In this document: piece after piece, positions 18,415 to 28,317 of the stretch
How positions within the stretch are numbered: position 1 is the stretch's first letter
How the letters are laid out: every line of letters begins with the position of its first letter
Assembly: GCA_023248395.1 (NCBI GenBank)
Contig: JAHFEQ010000003.1
Coordinates: forward strand, 1-51,571
Origin: Nitrospirota bacterium
Lineage (GTDB): Bacteria; Nitrospirota; 9FT-COMBO-42-15; HDB-SIOI813
Direction of reading: 5' to 3'
Length of the DNA: 51,571 nucleotides
Notes under the pieces: generated by a model
The model's database searches: none
What the model was told of the DNA's origin: nothing
The model's input: only the letters and a program-made list of their open reading frames with translations
Translations under genes and position numbers: made by a program

Positions 18415-19512
18415 TTATCTCCGGGACACCTTTCTTATTGTACCTATTGCCAGTAAAAGAGATATGGCTACAGGCATCCAAGCTGCCCATACAGGATTAA
18501 TTATTCCTTCAACGGCGATGATCTCAAGTCCGGTATCTATGATGTAATAGCAGAGAATAATAATAAGGCTTAACATAAACCCGGCAAATTTACTTGAAAA
18601 TCTGGATTTGATACCCACAGGGACACCTAGAACCCCTAAGACTAACACCGCAGCAGGCAGGGAAAACTTCTTATGGAATTCTATCAATAGCCTTCTATAC
18701 TCTCTCACTTTTCCTTCTGTCTTTTTAACTTCCAGTCTCTTCCTCAGTTCCTCAAGACCCATTCCCCAAACCTCTTTAAAGAGCCGGATATTTCCTATTG
18801 ATTTTGTTGTCTCTATTCTTAGATAGTATGTTGAAAAGGCAGCTATCTGATAGGTTGACTTGTCCTGGGATTCGAAGTAGATATGACCCTCTTCAAGCTT
18901 TAGAAATAGGTTTTCAGTAGAGGGATCACTTAGCAGTCTACCCTCTTTTGCTGTGATAATCCTGCCTTCATTTAGCGATTTATCAGAGATGAGAACCCCT
19001 TCTAAGATATCTGGCCCTTTTAGTTTTTGTACATACACTAAGAGATTGAATAGATTGTTAAATACCCCTTCCTCAAGTCCTAAGTTTCTTTGGCTTTTTA
19101 GTATTTCATAAGATTGTACTCGTATATATCTGTTTGCCATGGGTTGAAGCGTTGTAGATGAGAAGAGGGTTAAAAAAAAGGCCCCAAGAGAAAACAGGAT
19201 GACAGGCAGGAGCAGACGATACAGACTGATACCGGCAGATCTCATAGCAGTGATCTCATGATCTGTGTAGAGCCTGCTGAAGGTCAGTGTGGAAGAGATC
19301 AACACAGAAAGTGGTATCGCCAGTACTAAAAAAAGGGGTATAATGAAGGGCGCAAACCGGATCAGTACCAGGAAGCTTACACCTGTCTCGGCGGATATCC
19401 TGGATAGACTCAGCATCTGCTGGGTGAGGAGGGCCGACATTAATAGCGAGATGCTGAGGATAAATGATATGATAAGTTCGCGCAGGATATATCTGTCTAT
19501 AATTTTTATCAT
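18415..19512 (-). CDS. lptF: LPS export ABC transporter permease LptF
   Basis: IIDRYILREL, EITAMRSAGISL, EEGVFN and EFHKKFSLP motifs. Confidence 0.9.
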   Translation of the reverse strand: MIKIIDRYILRELIISFILSISLLMSALLTQQMLSLSRISAETGVSFLVLIRFAPFIIPLFLVLAIPLSVLISSTLTFSRLYTDHEITAMRSAGISLYRLLLPVILFSLGAFFLTLFSSTTLQPMANRYIRVQSYEILKSQRNLGLEEGVFNNLFNLLVYVQKLKGPDILEGVLISDKSLNEGRIITAKEGRLLSDPSTENLFLKLEEGHIYFESQDKSTYQIAAFSTYYLRIETTKSIGNIRLFKEVWGMGLEELRKRLEVKKTEGKVREYRRLLIEFHKKFSLPAAVLVLGVLGVPVGIKSRFSSKFAGFMLSLIIILCYYIIDTGLEIIAVEGIINPVWAAWMPVAISLLLAIGTIRKVSRR

Positions 19513-19555
19513 CTGCCTACTATAGTTTTTTTATAATCTCTTGTAAATAGGAGTC

Positions 19556-20407
19556 ATGATGAAAACTGATTTTAAGGCATATAAGGAATATCTTGATGAG
19601 CGGGTTAAGTGTCACCCACATATCAATGAGATGATAGATTTCTACAAAGGGCTGATTGATATATGGGGTAACGCCCAGCCCGATAACCTCTCTGCCCTCT
19701 TCTCTGCTGAAAGACTCTCCAAGGGGTTGTATATGCTCGATGAGGAGAAGATAGAAGATGTGGATTTTACAAATAGTGCAGAAACAGCAAGAAGGATATT
19801 CAGGCTGCTGGAGCAACAGAAGAAGGGGGAGACAACAGCCGTTGACGGTCTATCAGGGGGAGATATTACTGATTTTATAAAAGATGGTCTATACAAAGAG
19901 GATAGATTTAACAATGCTGTTCTAAAATGGATACTCAAACCATCGTTTAATGCGATGAAGGAGACCCTCCATTCCCTCTTTGAAAAGGGGGGATCAGGGA
20001 GGATTTGGAATGCAGGACGGTGTCCCGTATGTTACTCGCTACCAGGAATGGCACTTGTTGATGCGATGACTTTGGGGACAGAATTGAATTCTGTCCCCAA
20101 AGAACAGAGGTTTTTATCCTGCTGTTTCTGTGGATACCTGTGGTTGTTTGACAGGGTTGCCTGCCCGGCCTGCGGTGATAACAGGCCAGAGAAACACGGT
20201 TTTTTTGTGGGAGAGGCGGGCTGTGAGCAGGGTACAAGGGCGATCAGTTGCGAGGGGTGTAAGACCTATGTAAAGACCGTCTTTATAGGGTGCCGGGATG
20301 ATGGCAAAGGGGTTATGGATTTAGATATGGATATTGAGGATGTGGCGACCCTTCCCCTGGATATCGTAGCGAACCAACGGGGTTACAGGGCACTCTGCCA
20401 GAGTTAG
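19556..20407 (+). CDS. fdhE: Formate dehydrogenase accessory protein FdhE family
   Basis: CPVC, CCFC, CPAC and CEGC zinc/iron-ribbon motifs; C-terminal EDVATLPLDIVA..GY. Confidence 0.85.
   Translation: MMKTDFKAYKEYLDERVKCHPHINEMIDFYKGLIDIWGNAQPDNLSALFSAERLSKGLYMLDEEKIEDVDFTNSAETARRIFRLLEQQKKGETTAVDGLSGGDITDFIKDGLYKEDRFNNAVLKWILKPSFNAMKETLHSLFEKGGSGRIWNAGRCPVCYSLPGMALVDAMTLGTELNSVPKEQRFLSCCFCGYLWLFDRVACPACGDNRPEKHGFFVGEAGCEQGTRAISCEGCKTYVKTVFIGCRDDGKGVMDLDMDIEDVATLPLDIVANQRGYRALCQS
19965..20006 (+). repeat. In-frame degenerate CCCCCT..AAGGGGG-family palindrome in fdhE
   Basis: CCCTCCATTCCCTCTTTGAAAAGGGGGGATCAGGGAGGATTT; resembles 10108-10160 and 36909-36951; encodes HSLFEKGGSGRI. Confidence 0.65.
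20070..20102. repeat. In-frame 33-bp perfect palindrome in fdhE
   Basis: CTTTGGGGACAGAATT-G-AATTCTGTCCCCAAAG (16-bp arms, 1-nt spacer); encodes LGTELNSVPK. Confidence 0.92.
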
Positions 20408-20457
20408 GTACAAACTTCTTGCAAAAAAAATAGATGCTATGCTAATATACCATTGCA

Positions 20458-22329
20458 ATGTCTGGTCTCGTTAAAGAAAAGAATCTTTTAGCCAGGTCAG
20501 CCTACCACTATGAGATTGTAGACGTAAAAGAACCTAATCTCTTTAGAGAGTTTTTCCCTTATACAGAAGTCCCCAAGATCCCGTTCAATCACCGCCTCGT
20601 CCCCATGAATACGCCAGAGGAATTCTGGATAACAGATACTACGTTCAGGGATGGCCAGCAGTCAAGACCACCTTACAGCGTAAAACAGATACTTGATATC
20701 TACGATATGCTCCACAGGCTGGGTGGGCCGAATGGAGTCATAAGGCAGTGTGAGTTCTTTCTCTATAATAAAAAGGATAGGGATGCAGTTGAAAAATGCC
20801 TTGAACGCGGTTATAGCTATCCGGTGATCACTGGGTGGATAAGGGCTGTTAAGGAAGATTTTCAGCTTGTGAAGGATATGGGGCTTAAGGAAACAGGTAT
20901 CCTGATGTCCTGTTCAGATTATCATATCTTTTTAAAACTTGGCCTGAACAGACTTGAGGCTGCCAACAGATATCTCGACATCGTCAGGAGGGCGTTAGAG
21001 GCTGGTATTGTGCCACGCTGTCATCTCGAGGACATTACACGGGCAGATTACTACGGGTTTGTTATCCCTTTGATCCAGATGCTGATGGAACTCTCTGAGC
21101 AGAGTGGTGTTCCGGTTAAAGTAAGGGCTTGCGACACCATGGGGTATGGCGTTCCCTATGTGGGTGCCTCCACCCCGCGTGGTATCCCTGAGCTGATATA
21201 TGGTCTTGTGCACTATGGAGGGGTCCCTCCGGATCAGCTTGAATGGCACGGGCATAATGATTTTCATAAGGCCCTGATCAATGCGACAACGGCTTGGGTA
21301 TATGGGTGCAGTGGGGCTAACGGAGTTATATTGGGGTTTGGTGAGAGGACTGGCAATACCCCTGTAGAGGCCCTGATCATGGAATATATTGCATTAAGAG
21401 GAGAGACAAACGGTGTTGATACAACGGCAATCACTGATTTGGCCGAATATTTCAGGAGAGAACTTGGGGTTCAGATACCTGCGAATTATCCCTTTGTCGG
21501 GGTGGACTTCAATAACACAAGTGCTGGCATTCATGCGGATGGGGCGCTGAAAAATGAAGAGATATACAATATATTTGACACGGTTAAACTCCTCAAGAGA
21601 CCCATGGGGATTACCATTACGGACAAATCAGGTATTGCCGGTATTGCGTACTGGGTCAATAGTCATCTGGGATTAGAGGGTGAGCATAAAGTAGACAAGA
21701 AGCATCCAGGAATTGCTAAGATGTACAAATGGATTATGGGGCAGTATGAAACCGGGAGACTTACGGCGATATCCTCAGACGAGATGTATGTGCAGACAAA
21801 GAGGTATTTGCCGGAATATTTTGGTTCAGAGCTTGATCGGATGAAGAAGAGGGCAGAGGATATTGCAGTGCCTTTGACGGAAGAGATCGTTGAAAGCCCT
21901 TCTTTTAGGGCGTTAAACTTAGAGCAGATGGAGTCCGTGATGCAGAAATTGGTGGATGATAATCCATTTATTCAGTTTGCCTATGCTGTTAACCTGGAGG
22001 GGAGGCAATTAACGAGGAATATAACCCAGATGGTTGACAGGGCTAAATATGAGAAATTTGGAGTAGGAGAGGATTTTTCCAATAGGCCATGGTTTATAGA
22101 GCCGCTAAGGAGTGGCAAGACCTATGTTACTGATTTCTATAAATCTGTGATCACGGATGCACTATGTATCACAGTATCGACCCCGATCAGAGACAATAAG
22201 GGGGAGATAAAGGGGATATTTGGTGTTGATCTGAAGTTTGAGGATGTCTTAAAGATCGAACGGAGGATGGAATCTGGCGGGATACATGGTGATGAAGGGA
22301 AAGGCGGAGTGGAGGGGGAGATAATATAG
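20458..22329 (+). CDS. DRE-TIM metallolyase, probable Re-citrate synthase, with C-terminal Cache-like domain
   Basis: TDTTFRDGQQ, EWHGHNDF, GFGERTGN and AGIHADG motifs; C-terminal FSNRPWF..YVTDFYKS..CITVSTPI..GIFGVD; upstream of mdh and fumarase. Confidence 0.8.
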   Translation: MSGLVKEKNLLARSAYHYEIVDVKEPNLFREFFPYTEVPKIPFNHRLVPMNTPEEFWITDTTFRDGQQSRPPYSVKQILDIYDMLHRLGGPNGVIRQCEFFLYNKKDRDAVEKCLERGYSYPVITGWIRAVKEDFQLVKDMGLKETGILMSCSDYHIFLKLGLNRLEAANRYLDIVRRALEAGIVPRCHLEDITRADYYGFVIPLIQMLMELSEQSGVPVKVRACDTMGYGVPYVGASTPRGIPELIYGLVHYGGVPPDQLEWHGHNDFHKALINATTAWVYGCSGANGVILGFGERTGNTPVEALIMEYIALRGETNGVDTTAITDLAEYFRRELGVQIPANYPFVGVDFNNTSAGIHADGALKNEEIYNIFDTVKLLKRPMGITITDKSGIAGIAYWVNSHLGLEGEHKVDKKHPGIAKMYKWIMGQYETGRLTAISSDEMYVQTKRYLPEYFGSELDRMKKRAEDIAVPLTEEIVESPSFRALNLEQMESVMQKLVDDNPFIQFAYAVNLEGRQLTRNITQMVDRAKYEKFGVGEDFSNRPWFIEPLRSGKTYVTDFYKSVITDALCITVSTPIRDNKGEIKGIFGVDLKFEDVLKIERRMESGGIHGDEGKGGVEGEII

Positions 22330-22406
22330 GTAGCAGTCAGCGGTGAGCAGGCAGTAGGTTGATGTAGCTGCAGGCTTCAGTCTGTGTTAGAAGTCAGAAG
22401 CAAGAG
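22330..22406 (+). repeat. Intergenic composite repeat (CGGTGAGCAGGCAG + GTAG-REP + heptamers)
   Basis: GTAGCTGCAGGCTTCAGTCTGTG followed by GTTAGAA GTCAGAA GCAAGAG; same modules as 8670-8770. Confidence 0.75.
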
Positions 22407-22437
22407 GGTAGAGGAAAAGATCACATTTAGGAAGAGG

Positions 22438-23391
22438 ATGAGATTGAGCGGACGAAAGAAGGTATCCATTATAGGTTCTGGGAATGTTGGGGCATCCACC
22501 GCCCAGAGGATTATGGAAAAATTTCTTGCGGATGTGGTGTTATTCGATATCATTGAAGGAGTTCCGCAGGGTAAAGCACTTGACATATCAGAGGCTGCAC
22601 CTATCAGTGGTGCAGATATGAGTGTTATGGGTACGAACAGTTATGACGATACGGCCGGGTCAGATATTGTCGTAATAACAGCAGGCCTTGCAAGAAAACC
22701 TGGGATGAGCCGGAAGGATCTGTTAGAAAAGAATGTAAGTATCGTCAGGGAGGTTACAAAGGAGGCCGTAAGGCGATCACCCGCGTCAATCCTCATTGTG
22801 GTGACCAACCCCATGGACCTGATGACCTATCTGTCATGGGCAATTTCAGGTTTCCCGAAACACCGTGTTATGGGGATGGGGGGGGCACTCGATTCGGCCC
22901 GTTTTAGATGCTTTATTTCAGATGAACTCAAGGTATCTGTAGAGAACGTACATGCCTTTGTACTTGGCGGTCATGGTGATTTAATGGTACCACTGTCCAG
23001 ATTTTCCACGGTTGCAGGAATCCCTGTCACAGAGATGATGGATAAGTCAGCGATAGATAAGATGGTTGAACGGACAAGATTTGGCGGAGCAGAGATTGTC
23101 GAGCTTCTTAAAACGGGTAGTGCCTATGTTGCACCGGCGGCTGCTATTACCGAGATGGTAGAGGCGATACTTCGTGATAAGAAGAAGATAATACCCTGTG
23201 CAGCCTATTTAGAGGGGGAGTATGGAGTTAAAGACCTCTTTGTCGGAGTCCCTGTAAAATTAGGGAGCACAGGGGTAGAGAAGGTTATAGAAATAAAACT
23301 CTCAGATGAGGAGAGGAACTCCTTTTTTAAGTCTGTTGACAGGGTCAGAAGCGGGGTAGACGAGATTAAAGAGATGTTAGGTAATTTTTGA
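22438..23391 (+). CDS. mdh: Malate dehydrogenase (LDH-like)
   Basis: [32 protein letters not shown] and GGHGD motifs. Confidence 0.95.
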   Translation: MRLSGRKKVSIIGSGNVGASTAQRIMEKFLADVVLFDIIEGVPQGKALDISEAAPISGADMSVMGTNSYDDTAGSDIVVITAGLARKPGMSRKDLLEKNVSIVREVTKEAVRRSPASILIVVTNPMDLMTYLSWAISGFPKHRVMGMGGALDSARFRCFISDELKVSVENVHAFVLGGHGDLMVPLSRFSTVAGIPVTEMMDKSAIDKMVERTRFGGAEIVELLKTGSAYVAPAAAITEMVEAILRDKKKIIPCAAYLEGEYGVKDLFVGVPVKLGSTGVEKVIEIKLSDEERNSFFKSVDRVRSGVDEIKEMLGNF

Positions 23392-23410
23392 ACGTTAACT
23401 TGAGTACTCA

Positions 23411-24256
23411 ATGAAAAGGATACACTACAACGACATCGTGGATAAGGTAAGAGAGATGTGCATAGAGGCAAACTATAGCCTGAGCAAGGACGTGATAGCA
23501 TCCTATGAGAGGGCATTGGAGATGGAGAAGTCCCCTCTTGGCCAGGAGGTGCTGGGGCAGATCATGGAAAATGCACGGATTGCTGATAAAGAGGGAATGC
23601 CGTTATGTCAAGACACCGGACTTTCAGTATTCTTTATTGAAGTAGGTCAGGATGTGTCTATAGCAGGGGGACTTCTTGATGATGCAATCAATGAGGGCGT
23701 ACGGCAGGGATATAACACGGGTTATTTGCGGAAATCGGTTGTACAGGAGCCTGTCTTCGAAAGGAGAAATACCTCTGATAATACACCTGCGATTATTCAT
23801 ACGGAACTTGTGTCAGGGGATCGGCTGAAGATTATGCTGGATATTGCAGGGGGTGGCTGTGAAAATATGGCAGCACTGAAGATGCTTCGTCCTGCAGATG
23901 GGTTAGAGGGTGTGAAGCAATTTGTTGTGGAGACTGTAAGAAATGCAGGGGCAAACCCCTGTCCCCCTGTCGTAGTAGGGGTTGGTATTGGTGGGGATTT
24001 TGAAAAGGTTGCTATGCTGGCAAAGAGGGCGCTATTGAGACCCGTGGGACAGCCACATTCAAAGCTGGAAGTCGCAGCGCTTGAGGAGGATCTGTTGAAG
24101 AAGGTGAATCAACTTGGCATAGGCCCGGTAGGGCTGGGGGGGATAGTGACGGCCCTCGCAGTTCATGTAGAGATGCATCCATGCCACATAGCCAGTTTAC
24201 CAGTGGCAGTTAATTTAGGGTGTCACTCGAGCAGACATAAGAGTATCACTATATAA
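23411..24256 (+). CDS. Fe-S fumarate/tartrate hydratase, alpha subunit
   Basis: PLCQDTG, GGGCEN, GANPCPP and HPCHIASLPVAVN motifs. Confidence 0.92.
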   Translation: MKRIHYNDIVDKVREMCIEANYSLSKDVIASYERALEMEKSPLGQEVLGQIMENARIADKEGMPLCQDTGLSVFFIEVGQDVSIAGGLLDDAINEGVRQGYNTGYLRKSVVQEPVFERRNTSDNTPAIIHTELVSGDRLKIMLDIAGGGCENMAALKMLRPADGLEGVKQFVVETVRNAGANPCPPVVVGVGIGGDFEKVAMLAKRALLRPVGQPHSKLEVAALEEDLLKKVNQLGIGPVGLGGIVTALAVHVEMHPCHIASLPVAVNLGCHSSRHKSITI

Positions 24257-24823
24257 ATGCAAGAACTAAAGATCAGGAAAATTACCACTCCACTGACTGA
24301 TGACGTCATCTCAGATTTAAGGGCAGGAGATAAGATAGAATTAACTGGTGTCCTTTATACGGCACGGGATGCTGGGCACAAAAGACTCGTCAAGATGATA
24401 AAGGATGGAGACAAATTGCCCTTTGATATCAAGGGGCAGGTCCTATATTTCGTGGGGCCAACTCCTGCAAAGCCAGGGATGCCTATCGGCTCTGCCGGTC
24501 CAACGACGAGTGGGAGAATGGATCTTTATTCACCACATCTTATAAAATGCGGGCTTAAAGGCATGATCGGTAAAGGGGCAAGGGCAAAGGAAGTCATCGA
24601 GACGATGAGGGAGTATAAGTGTATATACTTTGCTGCTATTGGAGGTGTCGCTGCACTCCTTTCAAAAAAGATAAAAAAGGCTGAGGTTATTGCTTTTGAA
24701 GACCTAGGTACCGAGGCTATTCGTAGATTAGAGGTAGAAAACTTTCCTGTTGTGGTCATAAACGATATATATGGTGGAGACCTCTATAAAGAAGGTGTAA
24801 AGCAGTATTCAACCCGCGAATAA
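24257..24823 (+). CDS. Fe-S fumarate/tartrate hydratase, beta subunit
   Basis: TARDAGH, GPTTSGRM, MIGKG and DLGTEA motifs. Confidence 0.92.
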   Translation: MQELKIRKITTPLTDDVISDLRAGDKIELTGVLYTARDAGHKRLVKMIKDGDKLPFDIKGQVLYFVGPTPAKPGMPIGSAGPTTSGRMDLYSPHLIKCGLKGMIGKGARAKEVIETMREYKCIYFAAIGGVAALLSKKIKKAEVIAFEDLGTEAIRRLEVENFPVVVINDIYGGDLYKEGVKQYSTRE

Positions 24824-24936
24824 ATTCGGATTTCGGAGTTAAAATACTAAATCCCGGAATATCTTTGGGTTAGCCTATACAACGATAAATCAATAAAAGC
24901 TTTCCCTTGCATATGCAAGATTCATGCTGAAAATTC

Positions 24937-24966
24937 TTTACTTTGGTCCTTCCTTTATGCTATAGT
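24937..24966 (+). promoter_or_regulatory. Putative sigma70 promoter for lptCAB-rpoN
   Basis: TTTACT-18 nt-TATAGT with TG extension. Confidence 0.4.
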
Positions 24967-24984
24967 TTATTTTATAGTTTAGAG

Positions 24985-25545
24985 ATGAGCGCCCATAAAC
25001 CTTACAAGTGGATATTCCTTTGTATTTTTTTACTTCTCGTTATTATTGTCGCGATGATGAGGGGAAAAGGCGTCAGAAAGATAGAGGCATTAGAAACAGT
25101 ATCACTTGGGGATCTATCGCAGCGTATAGAGGGTTTTCATCTTACCCATTTTAAAGGAGAGAAGATAGACTGGGAGTTAGAGGCCGGGAGCGCCATTATT
25201 CATAGTGGTGACGAGAACGCTTTGGTTCACCCCATTGATATCATTTATATAACAGCGAGTGGTACACCGATTAAGCTTTTCGCAGAAAAGGGCATATACA
25301 GTATAGGTAAAAACACCTTTTTTGTAGGAAAGGAAGATGGCGGGGTTAATATAAATATTGGCAAGGGGATTACAATAAAGTCGGATGACCTTGCCTGGTC
25401 AGGGGATAAGAAGGAGATACATAGTCTGGGTAGGATTCAGGTGATTGGAGAAAGGTTTCTCCTTGAAGGAGAAAACCTTATAGCAAATGTAGATAGCGGG
25501 GTATATGAAATTAACAAGAATATTCGGGCAACTGTGTGGCAGTAA
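24985..25545 (+). CDS. lptC: LPS export protein LptC
   Basis: N-terminal TM then beta-jellyroll-like sequence (WELEAGSA); first gene before lptA/lptB. Confidence 0.75.
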   Translation: MSAHKPYKWIFLCIFLLLVIIVAMMRGKGVRKIEALETVSLGDLSQRIEGFHLTHFKGEKIDWELEAGSAIIHSGDENALVHPIDIIYITASGTPIKLFAEKGIYSIGKNTFFVGKEDGGVNINIGKGITIKSDDLAWSGDKKEIHSLGRIQVIGERFLLEGENLIANVDSGVYEINKNIRATVWQ

Positions 25546-26062
25546 GTATGTGGTAATAATTGTAGCATACCTACCGATACTTTTATTCACTGCTCATGCG
25601 GTAAAAGGCGAAGAGGGATCAGCCACACGGTTCGTTACTAAAGATTCCGGGGGGGCACTATCGATTGTGTCGAAGAAGATGACCTTGGCAAACCAGGAGA
25701 ATATGATCCTATTTGAAGGGGATGTTGTCTTAGAACGTGATTCAATGACACTAAAGGCTAAAAGGGTCGAAGTTGTGTTCACTCCTTCCTCTGAAAGGGA
25801 ACAGGGATTTGTGGAGTCAGTAGATAAGAAAAAAGAGCTTTCTACGATTACAGCGACAGGGGATGTAGAATTTGTCCAGGGTAGAAGGAACATTTTCTCA
25901 AATAAGGTTATATATTATAAAAGGGATGAGAAGATGGTCTTTACAGGTTCACCGAATGTCCGGGAGGAAGCGGATGAACTTAAGGGGGAGAGGATTACGG
26001 TCTATATCCGGGAAGATAGGGTTGTGGTGGAGGGTGGGGAGGCTATTATACATCCACGGTAA
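25505..26062 (+). CDS. lptA: LPS transport periplasmic protein LptA
   Basis: FEGDVVL, ATGDVEFVQ, TGSP and GERITV OstA-like motifs. Confidence 0.82.
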   Translation: MKLTRIFGQLCGSKYVVIIVAYLPILLFTAHAVKGEEGSATRFVTKDSGGALSIVSKKMTLANQENMILFEGDVVLERDSMTLKAKRVEVVFTPSSEREQGFVESVDKKKELSTITATGDVEFVQGRRNIFSNKVIYYKRDEKMVFTGSPNVREEADELKGERITVYIREDRVVVEGGEAIIHPR

Positions 26063-26070
26063 ATCAGATA

Positions 26071-26102
26071 GCAGTGAGCAAGCAAGAGCTTAGAGGTAAG
26101 AG
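26071..26102 (+). repeat. GCAGTGAGCAA module + heptamer array between lptA and lptB
   Basis: GCAGTGAGCAA GCAAGAG CTTAGAG GTAAGAG ending at the lptB GTG. Confidence 0.55.
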
Positions 26103-26878
26103 TGACGACACTCCAGGTAGAGAACTTAGAAAAATCCTATAAAGGACGTAAGATAGTAAATAAGGTAAGCCTGGCATTAAACACAGGTGAAGTTGTTGGT
26201 CTGCTTGGACCTAACGGGGCAGGAAAGACAACCATATTCTCGATCATTACAGGTATCTTAAGACCTTCTGATGGCCGAATATTATTAAGTGCCACAGAGA
26301 TAACCCATCTGCCGACCTACAAACGTGCACGCTTAGGGTTATGTTATTTACCGCAGGAGCCCTCTGTTTTCAGAAAGCTGACTGTGGAAGAGAACATTAT
26401 GTCCATATTGGAGTTTCAGCCCATATCTTCCTATGAGCGTAAAGATAGATTAACCTCGCTCTCTGCAGAGCTCAATGTAGGACACCTTGCCAGGCAGTTG
26501 GCTCTTACATTATCTGGCGGGGAGAGAAGACGGATAGAGATTGCCAGAGCACTTGCTGCATCCCCGATATTTATGCTTCTTGATGAACCCTTTGCAGGAA
26601 TAGACCCCATTTCTGTCACAGACCTTCAGCAGATCATTCTTTATCTGAAGAGTAAGGATATTGGTATATTGATAACAGATCATAATGTACAGCATACCCT
26701 TGAAGTTTGTGACAGGGTTTATGTCATAAATGAGGGCGTTATATTAAAATCAGGTACTCCGTACGAGATCATAAATAGTGATGAGGTCCGATCTACCTAT
26801 TTAGGGGAGAGATTCAAGTTGGAATCTGAGGATACTGTGAGTCATAAAGAGAAGGAGAAGAGATGGATACAAAATTAG
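26102..26878 (+). CDS. lptB: LPS export ABC transporter ATPase LptB
   Basis: GPNGAGKT, YLPQEPSVFRKL, LSGGERRRIEIAR and LDEPFAGIDP motifs. Confidence 0.95.
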   Translation: MTTLQVENLEKSYKGRKIVNKVSLALNTGEVVGLLGPNGAGKTTIFSIITGILRPSDGRILLSATEITHLPTYKRARLGLCYLPQEPSVFRKLTVEENIMSILEFQPISSYERKDRLTSLSAELNVGHLARQLALTLSGGERRRIEIARALAASPIFMLLDEPFAGIDPISVTDLQQIILYLKSKDIGILITDHNVQHTLEVCDRVYVINEGVILKSGTPYEIINSDEVRSTYLGERFKLESEDTVSHKEKEKRWIQN

Positions 26879-28317
26879 ATATAAGGCTTGCCCAGAAACT
26901 TATCATGACCCCTCAACTGCAGCAGGCCATCAAACTCCTTCAACTCTCTAAACTAGAGTTACAACAAATTATAGACCAGACACTTTTAGAAAATCCTGTT
27001 CTTGAAGAGACCACGACAGACACACCGGAAGTAGAAGGAGATGATACATACAAGACATCACAGGTTTCTGAAGGGAATAGTTCTTCAGAAGAAAGCAGCT
27101 CGGACAGTGTTTCCCCTCTCGATGGAGTTAGTCTGAAATGGGAAGATTATTTCGACGAGGATAGGTTTGAAGGTAGAGAGTTAGGCTATTTTAAGGAAAA
27201 CGAAGAGGAGACTCAGACCTATGAACAGATCTCATCCAGACCTTCATCCCTTTATGATCATCTGCTATGGCAACTTAATCTTGCAACGTCTGATCGGCAA
27301 ATTAGAGAGGTAGGTGAAGTTATAATCGGCAATATCGACGAGAATGGCTATCTTCAGGTGACTGTAGAAGAGATAGAAACCCTGTGCGGAGTACCAAAAG
27401 AGAAGGTCTTCGATGTGTTAAAGTTTATCCAAGGGTTTGATCCCCCTGGAGTAGCTTCAAGGGATCTAAGGGAGTGCCTGCTGATTCAGATTGCACAAAT
27501 AGGATTTCAGGGGACTATTGTTGAAACAATTATTGCTGAACATCTTGGCGATTTCGAGAAAAAGAGGTTTCCTGTTCTCGCACGTAAGCTTGGGATTACT
27601 CTGGAAGACTTATCGCATGCCATTAGAGTGATAGAAAGATTTGAGCCAAAGCCTGGAAGATCATTCTATTCTTCTGATAATGCCTATATAGTACCGGATG
27701 TGTTTGTTATAAAACATGAGGGTGAATATCTGGTTCTATTGAACGAGGATGGATTGCCAAGACTCCGGATAAATCCAATCTATAGAAAAATGCTGAAAGG
27801 GAGCAGTGGACTTGGTGAAGATGAGCGGGGTTACCTGGAGGATAAGTTCCGTTCTGCTATCTGGATGATAAGGAGTATAGAGCAGCGAAACAGGACTATA
27901 TACAAGGTAGCTCAGAGTATTGTAAAATTCCAGGAGGATTTTTTTGAGAAAGGGGTTGGTTATTTAAAACCCCTTACCTTGAGGGAAATTGCAGATGATA
28001 TCACGATGCATGAGTCTACAGTAAGCCGGGTAACACATAATAAATATATGTGTACCCCTCAGGGCATTTTTGAGCTAAAATACTTTTTTAGCAGTGGTCT
28101 TGCAACGGCAGGTGGGGATAGCTGTTCTTCAAGAAGTGTCAGAGATATGATTTTAAGGCTTATTGCTGAAGAAAATTCCAACAGGCCTTACAGTGATCAA
28201 CAGATTATGGAGTTTTTAAAGGAACGCCAGATAGAGATCGCAAGGAGAACGGTTGCCAAGTATAGAAAAGAGTTAAAGATCCCTTCTGCAAGTAGGCGGA
28301 AAAAGCTAATAATATGA
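26863..28317 (+). CDS. rpoN: RNA polymerase sigma-54 factor
   Basis: MTPQLQQAIKLLQL, HESTVSR and RpoN box ARRTVAKYR. Confidence 0.97.
   Translation: MDTKLDIRLAQKLIMTPQLQQAIKLLQLSKLELQQIIDQTLLENPVLEETTTDTPEVEGDDTYKTSQVSEGNSSSEESSSDSVSPLDGVSLKWEDYFDEDRFEGRELGYFKENEEETQTYEQISSRPSSLYDHLLWQLNLATSDRQIREVGEVIIGNIDENGYLQVTVEEIETLCGVPKEKVFDVLKFIQGFDPPGVASRDLRECLLIQIAQIGFQGTIVETIIAEHLGDFEKKRFPVLARKLGITLEDLSHAIRVIERFEPKPGRSFYSSDNAYIVPDVFVIKHEGEYLVLLNEDGLPRLRINPIYRKMLKGSSGLGEDERGYLEDKFRSAIWMIRSIEQRNRTIYKVAQSIVKFQEDFFEKGVGYLKPLTLREIADDITMHESTVSRVTHNKYMCTPQGIFELKYFFSSGLATAGGDSCSSRSVRDMILRLIAEENSNRPYSDQQIMEFLKERQIEIARRTVAKYRKELKIPSASRRKKLII

Noticed and set aside
22285..22329. G-rich tail of the Re-citrate synthase gene as another repeat insertion
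   Set aside because: No complementary C-rich arm; too degenerate to assign.
22384..22437. Predicted N-terminal extension of Mdh (MLEVRSKR...)
   Set aside because: Derived from the heptamer repeat; ATG 22438 matches normal Mdh length.
24905..24930. Possible sigma54 -24/-12 site near the TTGCATATGCAA palindrome
   Set aside because: Lacks the invariant GG at the correct distance from GC.
26820..26878. LptB C-terminal extension overlapping rpoN
   Set aside because: Most simply a lost stop codon; no repeat or motif evident.
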